NCBI RefSeq assembly: GCF_000012905.2
Contig: NC_007493.2
Coordinates: forward strand, 510,001 to 542,000
Length of the DNA stretch: 32,000 bases
From: Cereibacter sphaeroides 2.4.1
Lineage (GTDB): Bacteria > Pseudomonadota > Alphaproteobacteria > Rhodobacterales > Rhodobacteraceae
Reading direction: 5' to 3'
A program made the position numbers and the translations under genes. The notes under the pieces were generated by a model, which saw only the letters and a list, made by a program, of their open reading frames with translations, did not search any database and was not told the origin of the DNA. Each line of letters begins with the position of its first letter. Within the stretch, counting starts at the first letter, position 1. Positions 1-8,281 of this stretch are shown here, piece after piece.

Positions 1-752
1 TCCAGATCGATCCGGCCGAACAGGCGCGCTGGCTCGCGGCGCTGCCGAAGGTCGAGCCGAGGAAGCCCGACGCCCCGGACCCTGCCGTTCCGGCCCCCGC
101 GGTGCCTGCCCTGCCCGGAGCGCTCTGGCCCGAGCCGGGGCCTGCGCCGCAGGGCGCCTCCTACGGATGGTTCTGGGAGAGGGTGCCGGTGGCGCTCGCC
201 GCCGTGCAGGGGCGCTTTCCGCTGGCGCTTGCGAGCCTCTCGCAGGGGCCGAACGGGGCCGCGGTGCGCGCGCCGCGGATGCAGCATCTGCAGCAGATCG
301 CCGAACGCCATGGGCTCGAGATCCTGAAGGCGACGCTCGGCACCCGCGTCTCGCCTGCGCTGGTTCTCGCCGTCATCGGTATCGAGAGCGGAGGTCGGGT
401 CGATGCGGTGAGCACGGCCGGCGCGCGGGGGCTGATGCAGCTCATTCCCGCCACCGCGCAGCGATTCGGCGTGACGGACGTGCTCGACCCGGCCCAGAAC
501 ATCCGCGGCGGCGTGGCCTATCTCGACTGGCTGATGGGCGAGTTCGGAGGCGATCCGCTGATGGTGCTCGCCGCCTACAACGCGGGCGAGGGGGCGGTGA
601 AGGCCAACGGCGGCGTGCCGCCCTATGCCGAGACCCGCGATTATGTGCCGAAGGTGCTCGCCGCCTGGCAGGTCGCGCAGGGGCTCTGCCTCACGCCGCC
701 CGAGCTGGTCTCGGATCCGTGCGTCTTCCGCATCCTCTCGGCCGGGCTCTGA
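1..752 (+). CDS. Lytic transglycosylase (SLT domain), probably 5'-truncated by the window edge
   Basis: The frame of ORF 102..752 stays open back to nt 3 with no stop, so the listed GTG start may be internal. Motifs GIESGG, GLMQLIPATA and AAYNAGEGAV are typical of family-1 soluble lytic transglycosylases. Stop TGA at 750-752. Confidence 0.8.
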   Translation, partial: QIDPAEQARWLAALPKVEPRKPDAPDPAVPAPAVPALPGALWPEPGPAPQGASYGWFWERVPVALAAVQGRFPLALASLSQGPNGAAVRAPRMQHLQQIAERHGLEILKATLGTRVSPALVLAVIGIESGGRVDAVSTAGARGLMQLIPATAQRFGVTDVLDPAQNIRGGVAYLDWLMGEFGGDPLMVLAAYNAGEGAVKANGGVPPYAETRDYVPKVLAAWQVAQGLCLTPPELVSDPCVFRILSAGL

Positions 753-810
753 GGATCGGAGCGGAAGCGCAGGCCCCGTGCCGGTCGCGAAGGCCGCCGG
801 CGAAAGCGCT

Positions 811-1101
811 TCATACGGCGAAGACGTCCGCCCATTCCGGGTGGCGCTGGCGCTGCGCATTCACGAAGGGGCAGAGCGGCACGATCGTGAAGCCCTCGGC
901 GCGGGCATCGGCGACGAGACGCTCGACCAGCGCCCGCCCGGCGCCGGTTCCGCGGAAGCTGTCGGGAACGCCGGTGTGGTCGGCGATGATCCGTGTGGGC
1001 GAGAGGACGGACCAGGTGAGTTCCGCCTCCTCGCCGCCGCGGCGGATCACATAGCGGCCCCTGGCGGGGCCGCTCTCGCGCTCGATGACGAACTCAGTCA
1101 A
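811..1101 (-). CDS. Small GNAT-like acetyltransferase (YjdJ-type, 96 aa)
   Basis: The 96-aa ORF has the compact GNAT-like core ...RGTGAGRALVERLVADARAEGFTIVPLCPFV.... It starts with TTG, and this start overlaps the scoB stop (TTGACTGA). No ATG or GTG alternative exists in frame. Confidence 0.6.
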   Translation of the reverse strand: MTEFVIERESGPARGRYVIRRGGEEAELTWSVLSPTRIIADHTGVPDSFRGTGAGRALVERLVADARAEGFTIVPLCPFVNAQRQRHPEWADVFAV

Positions 1102-1723
1102 CGATCGTGGCCTCGGTCGCGGCCCGCAGCTCGGCCTCGGTCACGCCCTCGGCGCATTCCACGATCCGGAGACCGCCCGGAACGACATCGAGCACGCCGA
1201 GGTTGGTCACGATGCGGTTGACGACGCCCTGACCGGTCAGCGGCAGGGTGCAGTGCTTCAGCACCTTCGATTCGCCGTGCTTCGAGGTGTGGTCCATCAC
1301 CACCACCACGCGCTGCACGCCCGCCACGAGGTCCATCGCCCCGCCCATCCCCTTCACGAGCTTGCCCGGGATCATCCAGTTCGCCAGATCGCCGTTCTCG
1401 GCCACCTCCATCGCGCCGAGGATCGCCATGGCGATCTTGCCGCCGCGGATCATGGCGAAGCTCTGGGCACTGTCGAAATAGGCGGTCTTGGGCAGTTCGG
1501 TGATCGTCTGCTTGCCCGCGTTGATGAGGTCCGCATCCTCCTCGCCCTCGAAGGGGAAGGGACCCATGCCGAGCATGCCGTTCTCGGATTGCAGCGTCAC
1601 CTCGATCCCCTCGGGGATGTAGTTGGCCACCAGCGTCGGGATGCCGATCCCGAGGTTGACATACCAGCCGTCCTGAAGCTCCTGCGCGGCGCGTGCCGCC
1701 ATCTGGTTGCGATCCCAGGCCAT
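1094..1723 (-). CDS. scoB: 3-oxoacid CoA-transferase subunit B
   Basis: 209 aa. N-terminus MAWDRNQMAARAAQELQDGWYVNLGIGIPT and the SENG motif (QSENGMLG) are characteristic of family I CoA-transferase beta subunits. It lies directly downstream of the A subunit. Confidence 0.9.
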   Translation of the reverse strand: MAWDRNQMAARAAQELQDGWYVNLGIGIPTLVANYIPEGIEVTLQSENGMLGMGPFPFEGEEDADLINAGKQTITELPKTAYFDSAQSFAMIRGGKIAMAILGAMEVAENGDLANWMIPGKLVKGMGGAMDLVAGVQRVVVVMDHTSKHGESKVLKHCTLPLTGQGVVNRIVTNLGVLDVVPGGLRIVECAEGVTEAELRAATEATIVD

Positions 1724-1738
1724 GTCTGTCTCTCCCCC

Positions 1739-2437
1739 TCAGGCGCGCTTGCGGACGGTGCGCTGTTCGATGCGTTTCTCGTGCGTGCCCTGGATCAGGC
1801 GATGCACATAGATCCCCGGCAGGTGGATCGAGTCCGGCTCGAGGCTGCCCAGCGGCACGATCTCCTCGACCTCGGCCACGCAGACCTTGCCGCAGGTGGC
1901 GGCCGGCGGGTTGAAGTTGCGCGCGGTCTTGCGGAAGACGAGGTTGCCCGAAGGGTCCGCCTTCCAGGCCTTGACGATCGAGAGATCCGCCACGATCCCG
2001 CGCTCGAGGATGTAGGTCTCGCCGTCGAACTCCTTGTGCTCCTTGCCCTCGGCGATCACGGTGCCCACGCCCGTCCTGGTGTAGAAGCCCGGGATGCCCG
2101 CGCCGCCCGCCCGCATCCGCTCGGCCAGCGTCCCCTGCGGATTGAATTCGAGCTCCAGCTCGCCCGAGAGATACTGCCGCATGAATTCGGCATTCTCGCC
2201 CACATAGGAAGAGATCATCTTCCGGACCTGGCGCGACTCGAGGAGGACGCCCAGACCGAAGCCGTCGACGCCTGCGTTGTTCGAGGCGACGGTGAGGTCC
2301 CTGGTGCCCGCCTCGCGGATTGCCCGGATCAGCAGTTCGGGGATGCCGCAGAGACCGAAGCCACCGGCCGCGATCAGCATCCCGTCGAACAGCAGCCCGT
2401 CCAGCGCGGCGGCCGCGCTGTCATAGACCTTCTTCAT
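1739..2437 (-). CDS. scoA: 3-oxoacid CoA-transferase subunit A
   Basis: Start chosen at the ATG at 2435-2437 ([12 protein letters not shown]...), preceded by GGGAGG. The ORF-track start at 2494 lacks an RBS. Alpha-subunit motifs [10 protein letters not shown] and ASNNAG are present. Confidence 0.9.
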   Translation of the reverse strand: MKKVYDSAAAALDGLLFDGMLIAAGGFGLCGIPELLIRAIREAGTRDLTVASNNAGVDGFGLGVLLESRQVRKMISSYVGENAEFMRQYLSGELELEFNPQGTLAERMRAGGAGIPGFYTRTGVGTVIAEGKEHKEFDGETYILERGIVADLSIVKAWKADPSGNLVFRKTARNFNPPAATCGKVCVAEVEEIVPLGSLEPDSIHLPGIYVHRLIQGTHEKRIEQRTVRKRA

Positions 2438-2592
2438 GGAGACCTCCCGAAATTCCTCGGGGGAATTTGTGGCCGAGCCTCCGCAGCCTGTCAATCGCCG
2501 CGCCGCGGCGTCAGGCCGCGGATCGGGCTCTTCCGGCGCCGTCCGGTCCCCCGCGACGGATCGGCCGGCGGGCGGGGCGCCCCACTTTTCCC

Positions 2593-2621
2593 TTGCCGGT
2601 TCCGGGTGCGCGTCCTATCCG
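2593..2621 (+). promoter_or_regulatory. Putative sigma70-type promoter of tRNA-Leu (TTGCCG-N17-TATCCG)
   Basis: Hexamers at 2593-2598 and 2616-2621 are separated by 17 nt. The predicted start falls a few nt before the mature tRNA 5' end at 2631. Confidence 0.3.
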
Positions 2622-2630
2622 GCACTCGGG

Positions 2631-2714
2631 GCGGGCATGGCGGAAGTGGTAGACGCAAGGGTCTTAAACACCCTGTCCTCTGGAGTGCCGGTTCGATCCC
2701 GGCTGCCCGCACCA
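2631..2714 (+). tRNA. tRNA-Leu, anticodon UAA (class II, long variable arm), CCA encoded
   Basis: Hand-folded cloverleaf. Acceptor GCGGGCA/TGCCCGC. Anticodon stem AGGGT/ACCCT with loop CTTAAAC (anticodon TAA). Long variable arm GTCCTCTGGAGTG. T arm GCCGG-TTCGATC-CCGGC. 3' ACCA. Confidence 0.9.
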
Positions 2715-2985
2715 GCGCCCGAGCCGCCGTAGCGGCCCCGGTGCGGATCCGGAAGAGTGGTGGAGGGCAGGGGCGTCCCCGAGTCCGGAAAAGAATGCGG
2801 TCGGGCGCTGCTGCCCGCTCGCGATCCCGCGATGAAGCGAGAGGCTGCGCCCCTGCGTCGGCGCCGGGCCGAGGTCCGGATGCACGAACGGGCTGGGCCT
2901 CACCTTGCGCAACAGGGCTGGCACGGAGGGGAAAGCGTCGTTTGCGCGGTGGCGGTTCTCGGCGATAGTCCTCGTGTGAGGATCG

Positions 2986-3909
2986 ATGGATAGACAAGTC
3001 CCCCATAGGCTGACTGTGCCGCTGAACGCCCTGCGCGCCTTCGAGGCCGTAGCGCGCCATCTCTCGATCAAGGAGGCGGCGCTGGAACTTGGCGTCACGC
3101 CGTCGGCCGTCAGCCACCAGCTTCGCGGGCTCGAGGAGGCGCTCGGCCTGACCCTGCTGCGGCGGGTCGGTCCGGCGCTGGAACTGACCGAGGCCGGAGC
3201 GAGACTGGCGCCGGATCTGAGCGAGGGCTTCTCCCGGATCAGCGCAGCGGTCGGCGGGCTCCGGCAGGATCGGAGCGCGGGCCCCCTGCGCCTGTCGATG
3301 TTGCCGACCTTCGCCGCCCACTGGTTCTCGCCCCGGCTGACGCGCTATCCGTTCGAGCGGAACGGGTTCGATCTGCTGATCTCCACGACGCAGGAGGCGG
3401 TGGACCTTTCGGCCGGGGTGGCCGATGCAGCGGTGCGGCACGGGCAGGGCCGCTGGGAGGGCTTGCAGGCGGATCTGCTGTTCGACGAAACCGTGAGCCT
3501 GTTCGGCGCGCCGCCCCTGGGCAGGCATGATCCGGACGACATGCGGGCGCAGATCGCGCGCCGGACCCTGTTCCTCTCGCAGCATCGGAAAGAGAATTAC
3601 GCGCGATGGAATGCGACCCTGCCGGGCGGGCCGATCCGGCCCGCGGCGGTGATGATGGTCGATTCCGCGGGGCTCGCCCTGCGCGCGGCCATGGACGGGG
3701 CAGGGGTGGCACTGGCCGGCGTCGAAATCGCCGCCTTCGATGTGAGGGCCGGGCGGCTGGCGCAGCTCTTTGCGCACCGGGCGCCGACGGGCGGAGGCTA
3801 CTTCCTCGTCTATCCCGACGCGCTGGCCCGGGACCGCCGCGTGCGCAACCTGAGCCGCTGGATGGTCGAGGCCTCGGCCGGGGAAAGGGCCCTCGCGCAG
3901 AGCGGGTGA
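2986..3909 (+). CDS. LysR-family transcriptional regulator (GcvA-like)
   Basis: N-terminal wHTH LNALRAFEAVARHLSIKEAALELGVTPSAVSHQLRGLEE followed by a LysR substrate-binding-type C-terminal region. 307 aa. Confidence 0.85.
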   Translation: MDRQVPHRLTVPLNALRAFEAVARHLSIKEAALELGVTPSAVSHQLRGLEEALGLTLLRRVGPALELTEAGARLAPDLSEGFSRISAAVGGLRQDRSAGPLRLSMLPTFAAHWFSPRLTRYPFERNGFDLLISTTQEAVDLSAGVADAAVRHGQGRWEGLQADLLFDETVSLFGAPPLGRHDPDDMRAQIARRTLFLSQHRKENYARWNATLPGGPIRPAAVMMVDSAGLALRAAMDGAGVALAGVEIAAFDVRAGRLAQLFAHRAPTGGGYFLVYPDALARDRRVRNLSRWMVEASAGERALAQSG

Positions 3910-4048
3910 AGCCGCTGCGGTCGATATCCGGGATCTTCAGGCAGCGGATCGTGCGGCAGGGGGCTGGCGCAGGACCCTCGGGCATCTCGCGGCGCCGGGT
4001 CAGGTCCGTGGGCCTCTGCTGGCGGCGCCTCATGGATCGGCCCGTGCC

Positions 4049-4570
4049 CTAGCGCTTCTCGACGGAGGCAGCAGGCCGCCGGTTTCGCGCAGATGGTCCT
4101 TCGTCAGCACAGCGGCTCAGGTCGATCCGGAAACTGTCCCAGGGCGCAGGGTCGGCGATCGACCGATACAGGTGGATTGCTGTCGCATTGTCCTGCGGCA
4201 CGAGCCAGCGCAGATGGGTCCAGCCGCGCGCGGTGCCGATCTCGGTCAGCTGGCGGATCAGGGCGCGGGCGAGGCCGCTTCCGCGGGCCTCGGGCATGAC
4301 GAAGAGGTCGTCGAGCTGACCGGCGCGGCCTCCCGAGATGATTTCGGGCAGCTCGAAGGCGAGGGCGAAGCCGGCCAGCGCGCCGCCGCAGTCCGCCCCG
4401 AGAAGCAGCAGATCGGGCGCGCGGAGGGCGCGCTCGATCAGCGCCGCGGCCTGGCCCGGCGTCGTCGCCTCGGCCGGTCCGCTCATGGCCCTCCGATAAG
4501 CCGTCGCCAGATCGGCAAGGCGCGGAGCGTCTGCGGCGGAGAGCGCCCGGATCGTCGGAACGCTCACCAT
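4049..4570 (-). CDS. GNAT-family N-acetyltransferase
   Basis: Acetyl-CoA-binding-type motif LFVMPEARGSGLARALIRQL. Start taken at the ATG at 4568-4570 (MVSVPTIRAL), which overlaps the stop of the upstream isomerase gene (ATGGTGA). Confidence 0.75.
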   Translation of the reverse strand: MVSVPTIRALSAADAPRLADLATAYRRAMSGPAEATTPGQAAALIERALRAPDLLLLGADCGGALAGFALAFELPEIISGGRAGQLDDLFVMPEARGSGLARALIRQLTEIGTARGWTHLRWLVPQDNATAIHLYRSIADPAPWDSFRIDLSRCADEGPSARNRRPAASVEKR

Positions 4571-5163
4571 CCGCCGGTCCTGATCCACTCTGCCATCATC
4601 TCCATGCGATCCCAGCCCCAGAAGGGCTCGTCATCGACGAGGAAGAAGGGAGAGCCGAAAATGCCCCGTGCCACCGCGTCTTCGCCGATCTTCCGGACTG
4701 TCTCTTTCAGCGCAGGGTCGGCGATGCCGGCCAGAAGGGCCTCGGGCTCAAGGCCGACCTCCGGGCCGAGGCGCGAGACGGCTTCGGGCGAGGCGGTGTC
4801 GAGACGGTCGCTGAAATACAGGTCGAAGACCCTCTGCGCGAAGGCGGTCGCCGCGTCCGGGCTCTGGGCCTCGATCCAGTAGAAGGCGCGCGTCGCCGCC
4901 AGAGCGACATGCGGATGGTCGGCGGGCGGGCGGAAGGTCAGGCCCCGTTGCCGCGCGATCCGGGCCCAGTCGCGCTGCGCATAGTCGCGTTTCAGCGGCG
5001 TCGACGACAGTCCGCGAGCCCCCGTCACGCTGAAGGCGGCGCCCAGCATGTAGGGCCGCCAGAGCACGGTCCGGCCCAGCTCTGCCGCAAGGGCCTCGAT
5101 CCGCTGCGCCGCGAAGAAGGCGTAACCGGACGAGAAGTCGAACCAGAATTCGATAGGGTTCAT
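4564..5163 (-). CDS. 2-hydroxychromene-2-carboxylate isomerase-like protein (DsbA/thioredoxin-fold family)
   Basis: 199 aa. N-terminus MNPIEFWFDFSSGYAFFAAQRIE and C-terminus GIFGSPFFLVDDEPFWGWDRMEMM are typical of HCCA-isomerase-type DsbA proteins. ATGA overlap with the cupin gene. Confidence 0.8.
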   Translation of the reverse strand: MNPIEFWFDFSSGYAFFAAQRIEALAAELGRTVLWRPYMLGAAFSVTGARGLSSTPLKRDYAQRDWARIARQRGLTFRPPADHPHVALAATRAFYWIEAQSPDAATAFAQRVFDLYFSDRLDTASPEAVSRLGPEVGLEPEALLAGIADPALKETVRKIGEDAVARGIFGSPFFLVDDEPFWGWDRMEMMAEWIRTGGW

Positions 5164-5678
5164 GTCTCCTCGCCCTCCCAGTAATCGACCGCATCCGTGG
5201 TGCGGAAGGAGGCGGCGACCCGCCGCTTTGCCTTGTCGCCTCCGGGCGCGGCTCCCGCGAAGACGGTCAGCTTGCCGCTGTCGGGATAGGTCATCACCTC
5301 CGGCTCGCGCATGGTGCTGACCGCGACATAGCGCAGAGGGTCAGGGCCTGTTGCGATCAGCTGATGGGCCGTCTCGGCCCCGCCCGCGGGGCAGACGGCC
5401 ACCATGCCGGCGGCGACCGGATACCGGTCGAGGCCGAACCGCAGCTCGCCATTGCCCGAGAGAATGACGAACAGCTCGTCATTGGCGTGATGGGCATGGA
5501 ACGGCCAGGCCGCCTTGCCCGGCGGTACCTCCACCAACCGCGCACCCAGATGCGCAGCGCCGAACGGGGCGGCAATGGCCGCCATGGCGGCATGAAAGCG
5601 GGTTCCATGGCTCTGCGGCGACAGCTTCAGATCGTCGAGGGTAACGACGGGGCTGCGGGGCATGCGATCTTGGGTCAT
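5160..5678 (-). CDS. Cupin-domain protein
   Basis: Cupin motif PFHAHHANDELFVILSGNGEL. Start chosen at the ATG at 5676-5678 (MTQDRMPRS), preceded by AGGAGG with a 6-nt spacer. The ORF-track start at 5819 has no RBS. Confidence 0.75.
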   Translation of the reverse strand: MTQDRMPRSPVVTLDDLKLSPQSHGTRFHAAMAAIAAPFGAAHLGARLVEVPPGKAAWPFHAHHANDELFVILSGNGELRFGLDRYPVAAGMVAVCPAGGAETAHQLIATGPDPLRYVAVSTMREPEVMTYPDSGKLTVFAGAAPGGDKAKRRVAASFRTTDAVDYWEGEET

Positions 5679-5817
5679 TCGGGACCTCCTGACGGAAGAG
5701 AGCGCCATTCCGCGCGGTCGCGCAATTGAATTGGTTTCAGGTGAGGCGGTGCAAAGCTCATTTGAAGCGCCGTCCCCTGCGCAGGAAGCTGCCCTCCCGG
5801 AGGAGGACCCGAGACGC

Positions 5818-6795
5818 ATGTGGACATCTCCGCTTGACCGCTGGAGACCGGAAGCCGCGCCCTTGCGGCTGAAAGCCGAGAGATCCGCCTCGGCGATGCC
5901 CGACGAACGCTTCGAGGTGGCGGCCGAGGACGGCTATCCGATCAGAGGCGGGATCTGGCATGCCGATACCGGCCCTGTCGTCGTGATCCATGCCGCCACG
6001 GCGGTTCGGGCGCGCTATTACGCCCGGTTCGCCGCCTGGCTCTCCGGGCAGGGGGCGACGGTCCTGACCTTCGACTATCGCGGGATCGGCGAGTCCCGCT
6101 CCGTGCCGGTGAAGGATCTGCAGGCGGGATGGATCGACTGGGGTGCCCTCGATGCGGAGGCCGTGCTGGCCTATGCCGGCAGGCGCTGGCCGGATCGGCC
6201 GCTCCGCGCCGTGGGCCATTCGATCGGCGGCTTTGCCCTTGGGTTGGCACGCAGCGCGGCGCGGCTTGACCGGATCGTGACGGTGGGCGCGCAATTCGCC
6301 TACTGGCGCGATTACGACGCCCGCAGGCGGTGCGCCATGGTGCTCAGATGGCATCTCTTCATGCCCGCCGTGACGCGGCTCTTCGGCTATTTCCCCGGCG
6401 CCCGGCTTGGATGGCTCGAGGATGTGCCGCGCGGCGTGGTGCGCGACTGGAGCCGGATGGGGCCGCGGTTCGAGACGAGCGTCTGCTCCGATCTGGACCC
6501 GGCAGACCTCGCGGCGCGTCATGGCGCCACCCGGGCGCGGCTTCTGGCCATCGGGTTGACAGATGACCCGTTCTGCACCGAAGCTGCCGCGCAGCGATTG
6601 CTCGGCTACTATTCCGCGGCGGATCGGACCCATCTGCGGATCGCGCCGTCGGATATTGCGGTGCCCGAGATCGGGCATTTCGCCTTCTTCCACGCGCGTT
6701 TCGAACAGACGCTCTGGCCGCTGGCCGCCGCTTGGCTGCTCTCCGGTCGTCTGCCGGAGGAGGTGCCGGGGCGGATCGTCTCTCCGGCGGGCTGA
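5818..6795 (+). CDS. Alpha/beta-fold hydrolase
   Basis: Nucleophile elbow GHSIGG, and VVIHAATAVRARYYARFAAWLSGQGATVLTFDYRGIGES typical of alpha/beta hydrolases. ATG at 5818 follows GGAGGAGGA. ATG at 5896 (MPDERFEV) is an alternative start. Confidence 0.7.
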   Translation: MWTSPLDRWRPEAAPLRLKAERSASAMPDERFEVAAEDGYPIRGGIWHADTGPVVVIHAATAVRARYYARFAAWLSGQGATVLTFDYRGIGESRSVPVKDLQAGWIDWGALDAEAVLAYAGRRWPDRPLRAVGHSIGGFALGLARSAARLDRIVTVGAQFAYWRDYDARRRCAMVLRWHLFMPAVTRLFGYFPGARLGWLEDVPRGVVRDWSRMGPRFETSVCSDLDPADLAARHGATRARLLAIGLTDDPFCTEAAAQRLLGYYSAADRTHLRIAPSDIAVPEIGHFAFFHARFEQTLWPLAAAWLLSGRLPEEVPGRIVSPAG

Positions 6796-6822
6796 GCGCA
6801 GGTTTCTTTCAGCAGGATCCCC

Positions 6823-7368
6823 ATGAACGACCGACTTTTCGTCATCACCGGCGGCCCGGGATCGGGCAAGACGACGCTTCTGTCCGCGCTGGCGCGGCAT
6901 GGCCTCGCAACGATGCCCGAAGCCGGGCGGGCGATCATTCAGGATCAGACCACGATCGGCGGACCGGGGTGGCACGGTCAGGACCGGCAACTTTTTGCAG
7001 AGCTCATGCTCGGATGGGAGATGCGCTCGTGGCACGAGGCGCAGGGCCTCCGCGGTCCGGTGATCTTCGACCGCGGTATTCCGGACTTGATCGGCTATCT
7101 TCAGCTCTACGAGGGCGAGGCGCCGGCGCATGTCCACGCGGCCGCCGAACTTTTCCGGTATCGCCCGACGGTGTTTCTGGCGCCGCCCTGGCCCGAGATC
7201 TTCGGGCAGGATGCGCAGCGCGGGCAGGATTTCGACGAGGCCGTTGCCACGGCAGAAGCGATGGAGCAGGCCTATGCCATGGCGGGATACGACCTTCTGC
7301 CGCTGCCTCTGACCACGGTCGAAGCGCGGGTCGAGTTCGTTCTGGAGGTTCTGGATCGGTCCGCCTGA
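6823..7368 (+). CDS. P-loop ATPase (AAA_28 / NadR-kinase-like)
   Basis: Walker A ITGGPGSGKTTLL at the N-terminus. 181 aa. It starts 27 nt downstream of the hydrolase gene on the same strand. Confidence 0.75.
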   Translation: MNDRLFVITGGPGSGKTTLLSALARHGLATMPEAGRAIIQDQTTIGGPGWHGQDRQLFAELMLGWEMRSWHEAQGLRGPVIFDRGIPDLIGYLQLYEGEAPAHVHAAAELFRYRPTVFLAPPWPEIFGQDAQRGQDFDEAVATAEAMEQAYAMAGYDLLPLPLTTVEARVEFVLEVLDRSA

Positions 7369-7411
7369 TGGGCCGCGTTGGCCAGTGCAGAAAGGCGACC
7401 GCGCGATGGGA

Positions 7412-8281
7412 TCAGGGACGCGGCGGCTCAGCCTCGCCAGTCCCGAGCGCAAGCAGCGCGCGGCGGAACTCCGGCTCGCTCAGCACCACTTCGCCCGCGC
7501 CAAGCGCCTCGGCGTGGCGGAGGGCGCGGGCCGTGAGGGTCTGGGCGGTCTCGATGGCCCGGGGCAGGACAAGGCCCCGCCCGAGGCCCGCGACCACCAG
7601 CCCCGCGAAAAGATCGCCGGTGCCGGGAAGGGCGATGGTCAGGCGCTCGGTCGGGTGGCGGCTGAGCCCCTCGGGGCCCATGAGCACGGTTTCGAGCTGG
7701 CCGGGGCCGGTATCGTCGAGCACGCAGCCGGTGGCGATCAGATGCGCAGCTTCGGCGAGGGAAAGCGCCGCGCGGGCGGCCTGAAGATCGTCCAGCGTGC
7801 GGATCTGCCGGCCGGTGAGCCAGGCCAGCTCGAACGGGTTCGGCGTGGCGATGTCGGCCATGGGCAGCAGCCGGTCGCGCATCACGCCCGCAATGGCCTC
7901 GGGGACATAGAGCCCGGGGCCGGTGTCGCCCATCACCGGGTCGCAGATATAGCGCAGGCGCGGGTTTGCACCCTTCGCCTCGGCCACGAAATCCGCCACC
8001 ATCTCGGCCACATCGAGCGAGCCGATATAGCCGGTGAGGATATAGTCCGCCCGCTCGGGCAGCCCGCGTTCGCGGGCGCCCTGCAGCAGATCCGAGAAGA
8101 ACTCGGGCGGCAGGGCGCGACCGCGCAGGGTCGGGTAATCCGGGGTGTTCGAGAAGACCACGGTCGGGATCGCCGCCACCTCCAGCCCCGCCGCCTGCAT
8201 CGGGAACAGGGCTGCGGAATTGCCCACATGGCCGAAGACCACCTGACTCTGGATCGAAATGACGAAAGGGGGGCGTGTCAT
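7412..8281 (-). CDS. pdxY: Pyridoxal kinase
   Basis: 289 aa starting MTRPPFVISIQSQVVFGHVGNSAALFPMQ. Ribokinase-fold pyridoxal kinase motifs YICDPVMGD and GTGDLFAG are present. The start ATG at 8279-8281 overlaps the MOSC gene stop (ATGA). The 548-aa ORF-track version is an upstream run-on. Confidence 0.85.
   Translation of the reverse strand: MTRPPFVISIQSQVVFGHVGNSAALFPMQAAGLEVAAIPTVVFSNTPDYPTLRGRALPPEFFSDLLQGARERGLPERADYILTGYIGSLDVAEMVADFVAEAKGANPRLRYICDPVMGDTGPGLYVPEAIAGVMRDRLLPMADIATPNPFELAWLTGRQIRTLDDLQAARAALSLAEAAHLIATGCVLDDTGPGQLETVLMGPEGLSRHPTERLTIALPGTGDLFAGLVVAGLGRGLVLPRAIETAQTLTARALRHAEALGAGEVVLSEPEFRRALLALGTGEAEPPRP

Noticed and set aside
1085-2968. 627-aa plus-strand ORF spanning scoB, scoA and the tRNA-Leu gene
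   Set aside because: It runs antisense to two well-supported genes and straight through a tRNA. Its translation is Arg/Ala/His/Gly-rich with no recognisable motif. This is a typical shadow ORF of high-GC DNA.
2491-3777. Minus-strand ORFs 2491-3777 (428 aa) and 5758-7452 (564 aa), and similar ORFs 9257-10807 (-) and 28011-29009 (+)
   Set aside because: Each overlaps a better-supported gene on the other strand (LysR, hydrolase/ATPase, MocR, fpr) and translates to Arg/Pro/Gly-rich strings. They are treated as shadow ORFs.
2631-7368. Possible genomic island integrated at tRNA-Leu (accessory-looking genes downstream: LysR, GNAT, isomerase, cupin, hydrolase, ATPase)
   Set aside because: I saw no integrase, transposase or phage gene, no direct repeat of the tRNA 3' end, and no obvious GC or codon shift. 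A computational repeat search for the last 20-45 nt of the tRNA would be needed to exclude it fully.
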